Shown piece by piece: positions 56,138-64,000 of a stretch of 64,000 nucleotides of DNA. The DNA is taken from assembly GCA_036303125.1 (NCBI GenBank), contig JAXJBE010000278.1, positions 299 through 64,298 on the forward strand, in the 5' to 3' direction. Made by a program: the position numbers and the translations under genes. The DNA comes from Bacteroidaceae bacterium (GTDB lineage Bacteria > Bacteroidota > Bacteroidia > Bacteroidales > Bacteroidaceae). The notes beneath the pieces are model-generated. The model saw only the letters and a program-made list of their open reading frames with translations. It had not been told where the DNA came from and ran no database searches. Every line of letters starts with the position of its first letter. The stretch's first letter is position 1.

Positions 56138-56887
56138 TCAGAACCAACTGAGGACACCCACTAAGAATGAAGCAAGCGACATCCAGAAAGCAGGCTGAAC
56201 CGTAGAGTTGCCCATAACCGTAGAGTTACGCTTTTCTTTCTTGTTCATCTCCACATACACCACATCATTCTGCTGAAGATAATATACAGGCGAAGCATAC
56301 AGGTCTTCAGCAGAACAGAGGTTAACCTCGTACGCTGTCTTCTTACCATAGTTCTCTCTGATCACCTTCACGTTGGTGCGCTGACCTGTGATATTAAGAT
56401 CTCCCAACATGCCGAGAGCGTCAAGAATGGTAAACTTGTCACGGTCTATCTGCACACGTCCCTTACCCACATCGCCAAGCACTATGACATAGAGGTTAGA
56501 ATAATCCACTGTAACAATAGGGTCTGTCACAAACTCCTTCTCTATGAGCGCCTCACGAATGGTCTCCTGCAATTCCTGACGATTGAGACCAGCAACATGA
56601 ATCTTGCCAAGTTTAGGAAAACGGATACATCCTTCTGAATCTATAGTATATTTTGACACGCCCTGACCCAAACTGTATCGCATGTCCAGCTCTGCATCTT
56701 GCGTGCTCACACTGATGGTAATCTCATCATCTGCCTTGAACTTTATCTCTACTGGATTTTGCACGACTATGGACTTTCCAGTATTGAAATCTTGAAAATA
56801 CGCTATGTCCTTAGGTGTAGAACAAGAGGAGAAAAAAGCTAATATGCCCACAAGAGCTAAGAATAGATAAAAATACAACTGCTTCAT
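56138..56887 (-). CDS. wza: Wza-type polysaccharide export outer-membrane lipoprotein
   Basis: Lipoprotein signal (LVGILAFFSSCS) and Poly_export/SLBB-like sequence (ITISVSTQD..., IHVAGLNRQELQETI, VIVLGDVGKGRV). The start was moved to 56887. Confidence 0.8.
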   Translation of the reverse strand: MKQLYFYLFLALVGILAFFSSCSTPKDIAYFQDFNTGKSIVVQNPVEIKFKADDEITISVSTQDAELDMRYSLGQGVSKYTIDSEGCIRFPKLGKIHVAGLNRQELQETIREALIEKEFVTDPIVTVDYSNLYVIVLGDVGKGRVQIDRDKFTILDALGMLGDLNITGQRTNVKVIRENYGKKTAYEVNLCSAEDLYASPVYYLQQNDVVYVEMNKKEKRNSTVMGNSTVQPAFWMSLASFLVGVLSWF

Positions 56888-57242
56888 GTTATTTTCTTGT
56901 TTGCTTGTTTTTTTATTCTTGATGTTGAAAAGATTGAGGATAAAACACAAATGTCAAAATTGAATTAAGAGCATACTTTCACTTCACCCCGATGTTAACA
57001 ACATACTATACATCAGTGAGTTATAAATATTTCCCTGTCTAATAAGCTCTATTATACAAGCTTCCATTTGGTATATAAAAGTATTCAACCGTCAAAATTA
57101 CAAAAAATAATTAATACAAGAGATAAAAAATTGGGATTTTTTTCAAAAAAGACTAAGATAGAAAGCAATCAAGGAATTACAGAAGACATAAAAATCATGG
57201 AGACCACAGGTTATGTGGGCCTGCAGTCTCCACGGATAAGTA

Positions 57243-58544
57243 TCAGTTACCATCGGGTTTAATGATATCTATAAAGGGGCCATCATTCCAGTGAAATATG
57301 CGCCAGTCATCAGGACAAGCAGGATTGAATGGAGTATAATCATCTCGCAGATGCTTGGATGGAGGCAGATTTAACTGTTTCATACCTTGGACAACCATCT
57401 TCGAGATTTCATACGCGCCGTATGGATTGAAGTGGGTATTGTCCTCGAAGGCTTTCTGCTGACCAGGATAGGTGTGGGCAGGATAATGGACAAGGGCACG
57501 TTTACTATCCTCCACACCGAGAGTCTCAAAGAAAGTGCGAGTCATGTCGTGAAGTTCAATGACAGGAACATCGAGATCCTTGGCCACCCAGCGCATTGCC
57601 TCAGGATAGTTGGAATGCGTCTCTCTAATCTTACCATCGCCATCAAAGTTGCGGCGCTGTGTAGGAGTAACGAAAATTGGAGTGGCACCCTTAGCACGAG
57701 CTTCGTCAACAAACTGCTTAAGGGCGTATGCATAATTGTAGAAAGCACCGCTTCCCGGACGTTTCTCTTTCTGGTCATTATGTCCGAACTCTATAAAGAT
57801 ATAGTCACCGTTCTTCATCATAGAGACAATCTTCTTGAGACGTCCAGCAGCAATGAAGGATGTGGCAGTCTCTCCGCTCTCCGCATAGTTGGCAACGGCA
57901 ATATGATCATCAAACCAGCGTGTTATCATCTGTCCCCATGATGCCCATGGCTCATAGTCTTGGTCAACTACGGTAGAGTTTCCACAGAGCCAGAGAGTTG
58001 GAACATCATCAACTGGAACGATAGATATGGTGGAGACAGCAGGAGCGTCACCATTCACCTCGATGGTAAGTTTGTCATCCCAATTCATCTTGGCTTCTTC
58101 GCGCTTCTTGATACGAACCCTGTCGGTCTTACCGTCAGGAAGGGTAATGATAGTGTTGCGCTTATTAACGATAAAACTGAAAGTACGGAACTCACCTTTC
58201 TTCGTGGCTGCATTCTGTACGAAAAGACGCCGTGATTCTGCTCGCAAAGTGGTGTTGGCTTTCTTTTTCTTCGAACCGACGGCGACAGTTACTCTGTAGT
58301 TACCATCGGGAACATTAACAGAGAAATAGAAGATGCCGTCAGAGAGACGGTAAGTGTCATTCTGCTGCTTACGAGCCTCTTCTATCACTTCTTGGAAGTC
58401 AAGGCCGTAGCCACGTGATGGAGTGTATATATCAGCGGAAGTGACGGGGATGGCCGATTTATCTGAACCATCAAAGCAGTAGGTCTGAGCCTGGAGCGAT
58501 GAGGAGACCATGACTGCGAGGAGAATGGAAAGGATTGATTTCAT
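57243..58544 (-). CDS. CE12 SGNH rhamnogalacturonan acetylesterase-like enzyme with an N-terminal beta-sandwich domain
   Basis: Signal peptide (MKSILSILLAVMVSSSLQAQ), with LCGNSTVVDQ and IFIEFGHNDQK as SGNH blocks I/III. Confidence 0.7.
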   Translation of the reverse strand: MKSILSILLAVMVSSSLQAQTYCFDGSDKSAIPVTSADIYTPSRGYGLDFQEVIEEARKQQNDTYRLSDGIFYFSVNVPDGNYRVTVAVGSKKKKANTTLRAESRRLFVQNAATKKGEFRTFSFIVNKRNTIITLPDGKTDRVRIKKREEAKMNWDDKLTIEVNGDAPAVSTISIVPVDDVPTLWLCGNSTVVDQDYEPWASWGQMITRWFDDHIAVANYAESGETATSFIAAGRLKKIVSMMKNGDYIFIEFGHNDQKEKRPGSGAFYNYAYALKQFVDEARAKGATPIFVTPTQRRNFDGDGKIRETHSNYPEAMRWVAKDLDVPVIELHDMTRTFFETLGVEDSKRALVHYPAHTYPGQQKAFEDNTHFNPYGAYEISKMVVQGMKQLNLPPSKHLRDDYTPFNPACPDDWRIFHWNDGPFIDIIKPDGN

Positions 58545-58617
58545 TATTTTTGGGAGTGACACGTTATGGTAGTTAAATAGGTATTCAAACGACAGCAAAG
58601 ACGGAAGCTACATGCTG

Positions 58618-61600
58618 CTACTTCTTGATGGAGTTATTGAGGGCTGGTTTAAGCTCATCTGGAGAGTCTTTTGTGAACATGTTCACAGCACCAGCAACTT
58701 TAGTGAAGAGGTCAGACACATTATTTATATTTATAGTCCATGTTGGGGCGAACTTGTCTGACTGCATGTAAGTGAGTATGGACTCTCGCATCTGACGCGC
58801 CACAATGCGCTTATCAAGGTTGTTTGTGATGTCCATGGTTGTCATGACAAGTTTGCCCTTGCCCACGTTGGCTTCGAAAAGCATGCCAATCTTTCGAGAG
58901 ACAAACCAAGTGTCAATACTTTGCACAAGAGGCTGGAAGTCCGACGGAAAATCCGTGAACTGCATCACTTGGGCACGATTGACAAGTTCCCACCACTGAA
59001 GGTCTGAGTGATAGTCAGTAGGGAAAAGGTCGAAGATGGGATGCGCATTGTCAACAAGGATGCCTGTGGTATGGGGTGGGCGCATCTTAAACCAAGAGGT
59101 GTTCCAAAAGACAGGAGTGAACTGCTGCACCACTTCTTTGCCGTATGTCACCTTTCCTGCAGCACAGACGAGGACTTTTCCACCCTTGTTAAGAGTCTTG
59201 ATAGCCTTAGCATCAAGCGAGTCAGTCACATAAATGCCTTTAGGCATCCATGACTTCTTTTCATACTTGACATCGGAGTCCAGTTCGGCAGGATAAACCC
59301 AGATGTTCCAATGGTTGCGCACTCGAGTGCCCGGGATGGATACAGAGAGTGTATATCTGGAAGCCTTCTTCACGCCAGAGAGAGGAATGGATATTTTACC
59401 AACAGATATGTTGCCGCCAACAGGAAGATCACGAGCATCAAAGCTTCCTTCGGCTAAAGGGGCAGGCTGATTGAGGAGCATGAGTCCACCTTGAGTCTCA
59501 GGAGCTGGAGTGAAGTCCCAATGCACCTTGACATCCTTCATGTCAGCCTCGGAAAACTGATTCATCTCCACGTCGGCAATAAAGGTCTCGTCACTCGTAT
59601 AAGTGAACTTTGGCATCTTTGCAAGAGGAACCACAGGAGCGCAGAACTCCCGAAATTCCTCACCGGTCATATACCCCTTATCGTCAAAGAACACATCGGT
59701 AAGTCCGACTATAGCTGTGCCCTGCCCAGAGTAATCGTTGAGAGCCAGAAGCTGGAAACCCGCATAATCAGGTGTGCGCAGCGTGCGCTCTATCTCCGCC
59801 TTGTAGCATATAGCCTGCAATTTGCCCGAAGCCATCATAAAATCATGAGCACGAGACTCCATGCCGTTGTCCCGCAGAAGGTCTCGGAATATCTCAAAGT
59901 TCTTAGCTTTATTCACACCAGTATACTTGGGTATCTCGTCAAAGTTTGGGAAAGCACACCACTGGCCAGTCTCATGACTGACAAAAGGCATGGTGATGGG
60001 AGTGTTTGGCATGTCCTTCCCATTGTAAGTTGTTATGTTCTTCTCGAAATTGATGACAGACTCAGGCGCGCGCTTTGCCCATTCGTTCAAGCCACGAGCT
60101 CCAGCCTTGACTGCATACTCGCTGCCCGGTTGCCAAGCCCATCCGCCTCCCACGCTAAAGCCACAGTAGAGATGGCGAGGGTCATGCTGCTTCATCAGCT
60201 CCACATGGTCTGTAGACCATTTAACCCAGTTGCCAGCAGGCTCATTGCCAAAAGCAAAGAAAGTGAAGGAAGGATGGTTGCCATACTCATCCGCTATGGC
60301 TCGACTTTCGTCCATGAGATAAGTGTCAATAGGTTCGCCACGGCCAAGCTTGACGCCATGGTTAGGCCATGAGGGACCTTCCGGCTGGATATACATGCCT
60401 ACCATATCTGCTGCAAGGAAGGCCGCCTCTGGAGGGCAGTAGCTATGGAAGCGCACATGATTGAGTCCGTAAGCCTTGCAACGGTTGAAGACCCGAAGCC
60501 ATGAATCCACGTCCATGGGGGGATAGCCCGTGTTGGGGAAATCGCAGTTTTCGACAGTTCCACGCAACTGTATCTGACGGCCATTGACATAGAACATCTT
60601 ATCGCGAATCTCTATCTTGCGCATGCCAAAAACCGTCTCTTTGCGATAAGAACGACCATCAGCGACGGTCAGTTCCGCTTCAAGCTTATACAGTTGCGGA
60701 TGAAACTCATCCCATAAAAGCATGCCTTCGCCCATCTGGAGAGCTACATCGGCAGTAGCAACCATGCTGTCACTGAGGGTGAGGCGAACAGGTTCAGACG
60801 ATACCGTATGATGCTTGTCAGTATTAAAGGCAGTCGCCTTGAGAGTGAGGGTAGCCTTCTTGCCGGGGAAACAATCGAGCATCTCCACATGAACTGTAGC
60901 CTTACGATTGTCAACATCAGGATAGACAGCCACATAGTCTACCGCATTGAAAGGGCGCAGTTCTATCTTACCCACGATTCCGTTCCAGTCTCCTTGAGTC
61001 TGGTCTGTGATAGAGTGAGAGTCCTGACCTACATTGACCGTCTCCGGATCATTGTCGACACAGATGGCAATGGTATTCTTGCCAGGATTAAGCAGACCGT
61101 AGAGATAGAAGACATGAGGGACAGAGAGGGACTTCTGTATGCGGTCGACTTTCTCACCGTTGACCCACACTTGAGTGGTGATATGAGGACGCTCAAGGTA
61201 AAGAGCGTACATGGGCAGGTCAGGAGACTCGGGAAGATTTACGGTCTTCTTATACCAAGCCTTGCCTACATAATGCTTGTCTGGTGTAAGAAAGAACTGA
61301 AGCTTCATATCCTTGCCAGGAGCACGGTAACGCTTCATATATGGATTGAAGAAATAGCTGGAATCGTATAAGGAACCGACCCAACGGGTATCGACACTGA
61401 TATCATCTCCCTTGAGACGCTGAGGCATAGAGGCAGGAAGGAGTATGGTATCGTCAAAAGGAGTTGAAGCAGAATACCAAGCCTCTGCTTCACCTCTGCC
61501 ATCACGGTCTATCTGAAACTGCCACTGGCCTGAGAGGTCAATAGACTGAGCCGAGAGACGAAGGGAAGGGAATATAAAGAAAAAGAGGAAAAGAAGAGAA

Positions 61601-61629
61601 TAACAGTTAGATTTCATTGGATTAGTCAA
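58618..61629 (-). CDS. GH2-family glycoside hydrolase (large, 1003 aa)
   Basis: Signal peptide, DLSGQWQFQ sugar-binding-domain opening, and TIM-barrel region YGLNHVRFHSYCPPEAAFLAADMVGMYIQPE. Confidence 0.6.
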   Translation of the reverse strand: MTNPMKSNCYSLLFLFFFIFPSLRLSAQSIDLSGQWQFQIDRDGRGEAEAWYSASTPFDDTILLPASMPQRLKGDDISVDTRWVGSLYDSSYFFNPYMKRYRAPGKDMKLQFFLTPDKHYVGKAWYKKTVNLPESPDLPMYALYLERPHITTQVWVNGEKVDRIQKSLSVPHVFYLYGLLNPGKNTIAICVDNDPETVNVGQDSHSITDQTQGDWNGIVGKIELRPFNAVDYVAVYPDVDNRKATVHVEMLDCFPGKKATLTLKATAFNTDKHHTVSSEPVRLTLSDSMVATADVALQMGEGMLLWDEFHPQLYKLEAELTVADGRSYRKETVFGMRKIEIRDKMFYVNGRQIQLRGTVENCDFPNTGYPPMDVDSWLRVFNRCKAYGLNHVRFHSYCPPEAAFLAADMVGMYIQPEGPSWPNHGVKLGRGEPIDTYLMDESRAIADEYGNHPSFTFFAFGNEPAGNWVKWSTDHVELMKQHDPRHLYCGFSVGGGWAWQPGSEYAVKAGARGLNEWAKRAPESVINFEKNITTYNGKDMPNTPITMPFVSHETGQWCAFPNFDEIPKYTGVNKAKNFEIFRDLLRDNGMESRAHDFMMASGKLQAICYKAEIERTLRTPDYAGFQLLALNDYSGQGTAIVGLTDVFFDDKGYMTGEEFREFCAPVVPLAKMPKFTYTSDETFIADVEMNQFSEADMKDVKVHWDFTPAPETQGGLMLLNQPAPLAEGSFDARDLPVGGNISVGKISIPLSGVKKASRYTLSVSIPGTRVRNHWNIWVYPAELDSDVKYEKKSWMPKGIYVTDSLDAKAIKTLNKGGKVLVCAAGKVTYGKEVVQQFTPVFWNTSWFKMRPPHTTGILVDNAHPIFDLFPTDYHSDLQWWELVNRAQVMQFTDFPSDFQPLVQSIDTWFVSRKIGMLFEANVGKGKLVMTTMDITNNLDKRIVARQMRESILTYMQSDKFAPTWTININNVSDLFTKVAGAVNMFTKDSPDELKPALNNSIKK

Positions 61630-61649
61630 TAGTTAGTAAGATTATTGAA

Positions 61650-61720
61650 GCGATAATAGTGGTAATAGCTATGATAGCTATTCTGGCTATGATAGCTATT
61701 CAAGCCATCAAAAGCTCTAT
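61650..61720. repeat. Solo 9-bp-periodic ATAG/CTAT array R3
   Basis: ATAG at 61656, 61665 and 61674. GCTATGATAGCTATTC occurs twice at an 18-bp spacing (61668-61683, 61686-61701). The array lies 20-90 bp upstream of the GH2 start. Confidence 0.8.
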
Positions 61721-61780
61721 TTCCGAAAAAAGCGACAGACTCTATAAGAGAATGCCGCTTAGATTTGATTCGTGTAATGG

Positions 61781-61927
61781 AACGATTTCGTTAAGCCAAA
61801 TGAGCAGAGCCAAGCTCGCTTGAGCTATGCCATGGCGAGAAATCGCACTTTTAAGAACGATTTCGTTAAGCCAAAAGACCAGAGAAAGCTTGTTTACTCT
61901 GGCTTGGCGAGAAATCGCACTTTTAAG
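61781..61927. repeat. Two tandem copies (75 and 72 nt) of a hairpin repeat
   Basis: Both units start AACGATTTCGTTAAGCCAAA and end GGCGAGAAATCGCACTTTTAAG. The arms pair (CGATTTCG...GCCAA with TTGGC...GAAATCG), while the apical sequences differ but each folds on itself. Confidence 0.85.
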
Positions 61928-61958
61928 AATCGGCAGGAGCGATGACTCGCTGAGGCAA

Positions 61959-62132
61959 TTATTCGCCTGGAGCGATTGCGCCTGCTGGACATGCGTCAGC
62001 GCAAGTGCCGCAGTCTACACATGCGTCAGCATTAATTACATACTTGCCATCACCTTCGCTGATAGCTCCTGATGGACACTCGCCAGCGCAAGTTCCGCAC
62101 ATTACACAGTCGTCACTAATTACGTAAGCCAT
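61959..62132 (-). CDS. Clostridial-type 2x[4Fe-4S] ferredoxin (57 aa)
   Basis: Below the ORF-track size cutoff. The reverse strand encodes MAYVISDDCVMCGTCAGECPSGAISEGDGKYVINADACVDCGTCADACPAGAIAPGE, which contains two CxxCxxCxxxCP motifs. Confidence 0.9.
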   Translation of the reverse strand: MAYVISDDCVMCGTCAGECPSGAISEGDGKYVINADACVDCGTCADACPAGAIAPGE

Positions 62133-62205
62133 AATTTTTTGTTCTTTTTATTTTTATTATTGTATTGTTGTTTCTTTTATGCCACTCCTTTGGGATAAGC
62201 ATGTG

Positions 62206-62213
62206 CAAATGTA
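62206..62213 (-). promoter_or_regulatory. -7 promoter box TACATTTG for the ferredoxin gene
   Basis: Reverse complement of CAAATGTA, about 75 nt upstream of the 62132 start. Confidence 0.45.
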
Positions 62214-62307
62214 GAAAAACTTTTTGTTTCATACCAAATTTTAGGTAGACAAAATGCATGTTCATATACATTTTATACCTAAAACATGGTAATTGAGCCC
62301 GTGAAAA

Positions 62308-63327
62308 CTACTTTGAGCCCTTAATCTTCACAGTCTGTAAAGATGCCTCAAGTTGACGCATGATGGGCTTCTTCTTTTCATCAGGCGCACAGACAAAACC
62401 TTCTGCAACAATGATACGGTTACCAGCAGAATCGGGATAATAGTACGAGACGAAGGGACCTCCCATAGCATCATGACGCATACCCCAGAGGCCTCGCATG
62501 ACAGCTATTGACTGGGAGCCGAAAGCGGCAACATCTGGAATTACGGTGCGGGAGTCTGTCTCCATCCACCGGTCCTCACGGTCGCCTGGTATATTGACCT
62601 TCATGACTGAGTCACGCGCTGCAACCATCATCTCCAAGGTCATCTGCTGAAGTGGGAGAGTGTAGATGCATATATTCTGGCGGAAAGCACGCTTGCTGTC
62701 AGCAGACCAGAAGAAACGCTTGCCCTCTTTGATGTCATTGACATCTGCGGGTGCCTTAATCTCCACACCAAACTGCTTATTGGCCTGGCGCATCACATTG
62801 CCACTGTACTTCTTATTGAGACCAGCCACCTCACGAACAAATTCATTCCGGTTAAACTCGTCCAGAACAGACTTGCCTCGTTCCTGCACAAGAGACATAA
62901 AACTAACATTGTCAGGAGCACAGAGGTATATAACTGTCTGAGGACGTGCATACACGTTTACAGCCTTACGCACCTCTGGCTTGCTGTATTTCTTGTCCAC
63001 CTCAGCAATAACGATGTTAGAGTACATGCGGAAGATGCCATCGAAAGAACGAGGCTCGATGGTGGTGACACGGAAACAGGGTTCTGACTGAGGCAACACT
63101 TCCACAGGAGCCTCAACCAACTGCATGACAGCCTTTCCCGGTTCTGTTTTAAGCCAATCCTTGTTGGCCACAACCAAAAGTTCATAGGGAGCACTTTGAG
63201 CCTTTGCCGTCACAACTTTTTGCCCTGCCTCCTCCTTCTTTTCAGAAGAGCAAGCGAAAAAGAAGAGCGGCAAGAAAGCATAGAAAAGGAAATGATATTT
63301 CATACTGGATTTTATTTGGGATTTCAT
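62308..63327 (-). CDS. DUF4837-family lipoprotein
   Basis: Lipobox (FFFACSS), then SAPYELLVVANKDW...LPQSEPCFRVTTIEPRSFDGIF, a pattern I recall from Bacteroidetes DUF4837 proteins. Confidence 0.5.
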   Translation of the reverse strand: MKSQIKSSMKYHFLFYAFLPLFFFACSSEKKEEAGQKVVTAKAQSAPYELLVVANKDWLKTEPGKAVMQLVEAPVEVLPQSEPCFRVTTIEPRSFDGIFRMYSNIVIAEVDKKYSKPEVRKAVNVYARPQTVIYLCAPDNVSFMSLVQERGKSVLDEFNRNEFVREVAGLNKKYSGNVMRQANKQFGVEIKAPADVNDIKEGKRFFWSADSKRAFRQNICIYTLPLQQMTLEMMVAARDSVMKVNIPGDREDRWMETDSRTVIPDVAAFGSQSIAVMRGLWGMRHDAMGGPFVSYYYPDSAGNRIIVAEGFVCAPDEKKKPIMRQLEASLQTVKIKGSK

Positions 63328-64000
63328 TTTGCTATTAACCTTACCACCTCAGAACCGCAGAGGAGGAAGCAACCAAGGCCATAATCGTCAAAATCGGGTT
63401 CTTTGTCGTATGTCACAGGCTGGGAGTCTGAGGGTTGTTTGCCTGTGCCCTGCACATAACCGAGGAAACCGTCGGGATGGAGGCAAGTCTTGACCATAGC
63501 CTCCCAGGTACGATAGATGACAGGTTCATACTTCTTAGCAGACAAGTAGCCATGACGCACACCCCATGCCATGCCGTAAATGAAAAGAGCAGTGCCCGAG
63601 AGTTCAACACCTCCATAGTTGGTCTCGTCATGAAGGGAGACATTCCAAAATCCATCCTCACGTTGACAAGCGAGGAGAGCCTTTGTCATGAGGAGGAAAT
63701 CCTTGCGGTAGTCATTGAAGTGTTCATCAACCTTGATGTTGCGCCATTTAGTCTCGCCAAGAGGTTCCATAAAGGCTGGAGGTGCAGCCCCCTTAGCCAC
63801 GAGCATGGCATCCATAGCGCGCACGAGAGCAGCATAGACCCATCCGTTGCCGCGACTCCAGTAGCAGTCCTCGCCATTAGGTTCTTTGTAAGGAGGCACA
63901 AAATCAGCGTCCCTCCACCATAGTCCATCCTTGACATTGAGAAGTCCTCCACCAATCTCTTCTCTCGAAGCCTCATACATATCCCATCCCTTGTCGGTAT
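63324..64000 (-). CDS. GH105/GH88-family unsaturated rhamnogalacturonyl/glucuronyl hydrolase; N-terminus outside the window
   Basis: YWSRGNGWVYAALVRAMD, QREDGFWNVSLHD and LSGTALFIYGMAWGVRHGYL. The frame stays open to position 64000. Confidence 0.7.
   Translation of the reverse strand, partial: TDKGWDMYEASREEIGGGLLNVKDGLWWRDADFVPPYKEPNGEDCYWSRGNGWVYAALVRAMDAMLVAKGAAPPAFMEPLGETKWRNIKVDEHFNDYRKDFLLMTKALLACQREDGFWNVSLHDETNYGGVELSGTALFIYGMAWGVRHGYLSAKKYEPVIYRTWEAMVKTCLHPDGFLGYVQGTGKQPSDSQPVTYDKEPDFDDYGLGCFLLCGSEVVRLIAK

Noticed and set aside
9500-57242. A ~47-kb inversion that separated the upxY-like gene from wza
   Set aside because: I could find no inverted repeats or shared sequence at the two putative junctions (9500-9560 versus 56888-57242). 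The segment would also include housekeeping genes (comF, TPR, OMP genes). The hypothesis cannot be supported from this sequence.
56888-57242. Invertible (phase-variable) promoter upstream of wza, as in Bacteroides fragilis capsule loci
   Set aside because: No flanking inverted repeats longer than about 6-8 bp were seen by eye. No recombinase gene is nearby. There is only a weak candidate -7 box (TAATTTTG, 57093-57100) and a terminator-like hairpin for the CE12 gene.

Overview
Bacteroidales-style chromosomal segment, probably Prevotella/Segatella-like, though the taxon cannot be proven from this window. Supporting signs are TAnnTTTG -7 promoter boxes in front of many genes, a UpxY-type NusG paralog, a BspA-type LRR protein, DUF4837, and AAA/PD-(D/E)XK genes. 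All family calls come from reading motifs by eye; no database search was run. (1) 1-10.3 kb holds housekeeping and glycan-degrading genes: an rsmA fragment, a membrane protein, pepD, a merR-like gene, a SASA esterase, a nucleosidase, a GH106-like hydrolase, an orphan upxY-like gene and comF. (2) 10.4-21.5 kb is an outer-membrane block: a beta-barrel protein, a TPR protein, an LRR protein, and three OmpA-like paralogs interleaved with capD. (3) 21.5-56.9 kb is one uninterrupted minus-strand polysaccharide locus. It contains wza, wzc, wzm, wzt, an EpsG/Wzy-like polymerase, 15 predicted glycosyltransferases, a PglC/WcfS-like initiating transferase, an aminotransferase and a pyruvyl transferase. 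It also carries several acyl/acetyltransferases, one of which is frameshifted. (4) 57.2-64 kb holds pectin-type enzymes (CE12, GH2, a GH105 fragment), DUF4837, and a 57-aa 2x[4Fe-4S] ferredoxin that the ORF track missed. The most unusual content is non-biosynthetic material embedded inside the polysaccharide locus. First, a GC-rich 455-aa HUH/RAYT-like gene has a low-complexity insert and an unassigned C-terminal region, and a copy of a ~75-nt hairpin repeat lies next to it; the same repeat also occurs in tandem at 61.8 kb. Second, a four-helix-bundle (23S-IVS/Avd family) gene is bracketed by strictly 9-bp-periodic ATAG/CTAT palindromic arrays, with a third solo array at 61.65 kb. Third, there are two AAA/PD-(D/E)XK genes; the decayed one splits wzm from wzt and is followed by a 4 x 22-bp palindrome array just upstream of wzt. 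The locus has no Wzx flippase and no UpxY/UpxZ at its head.
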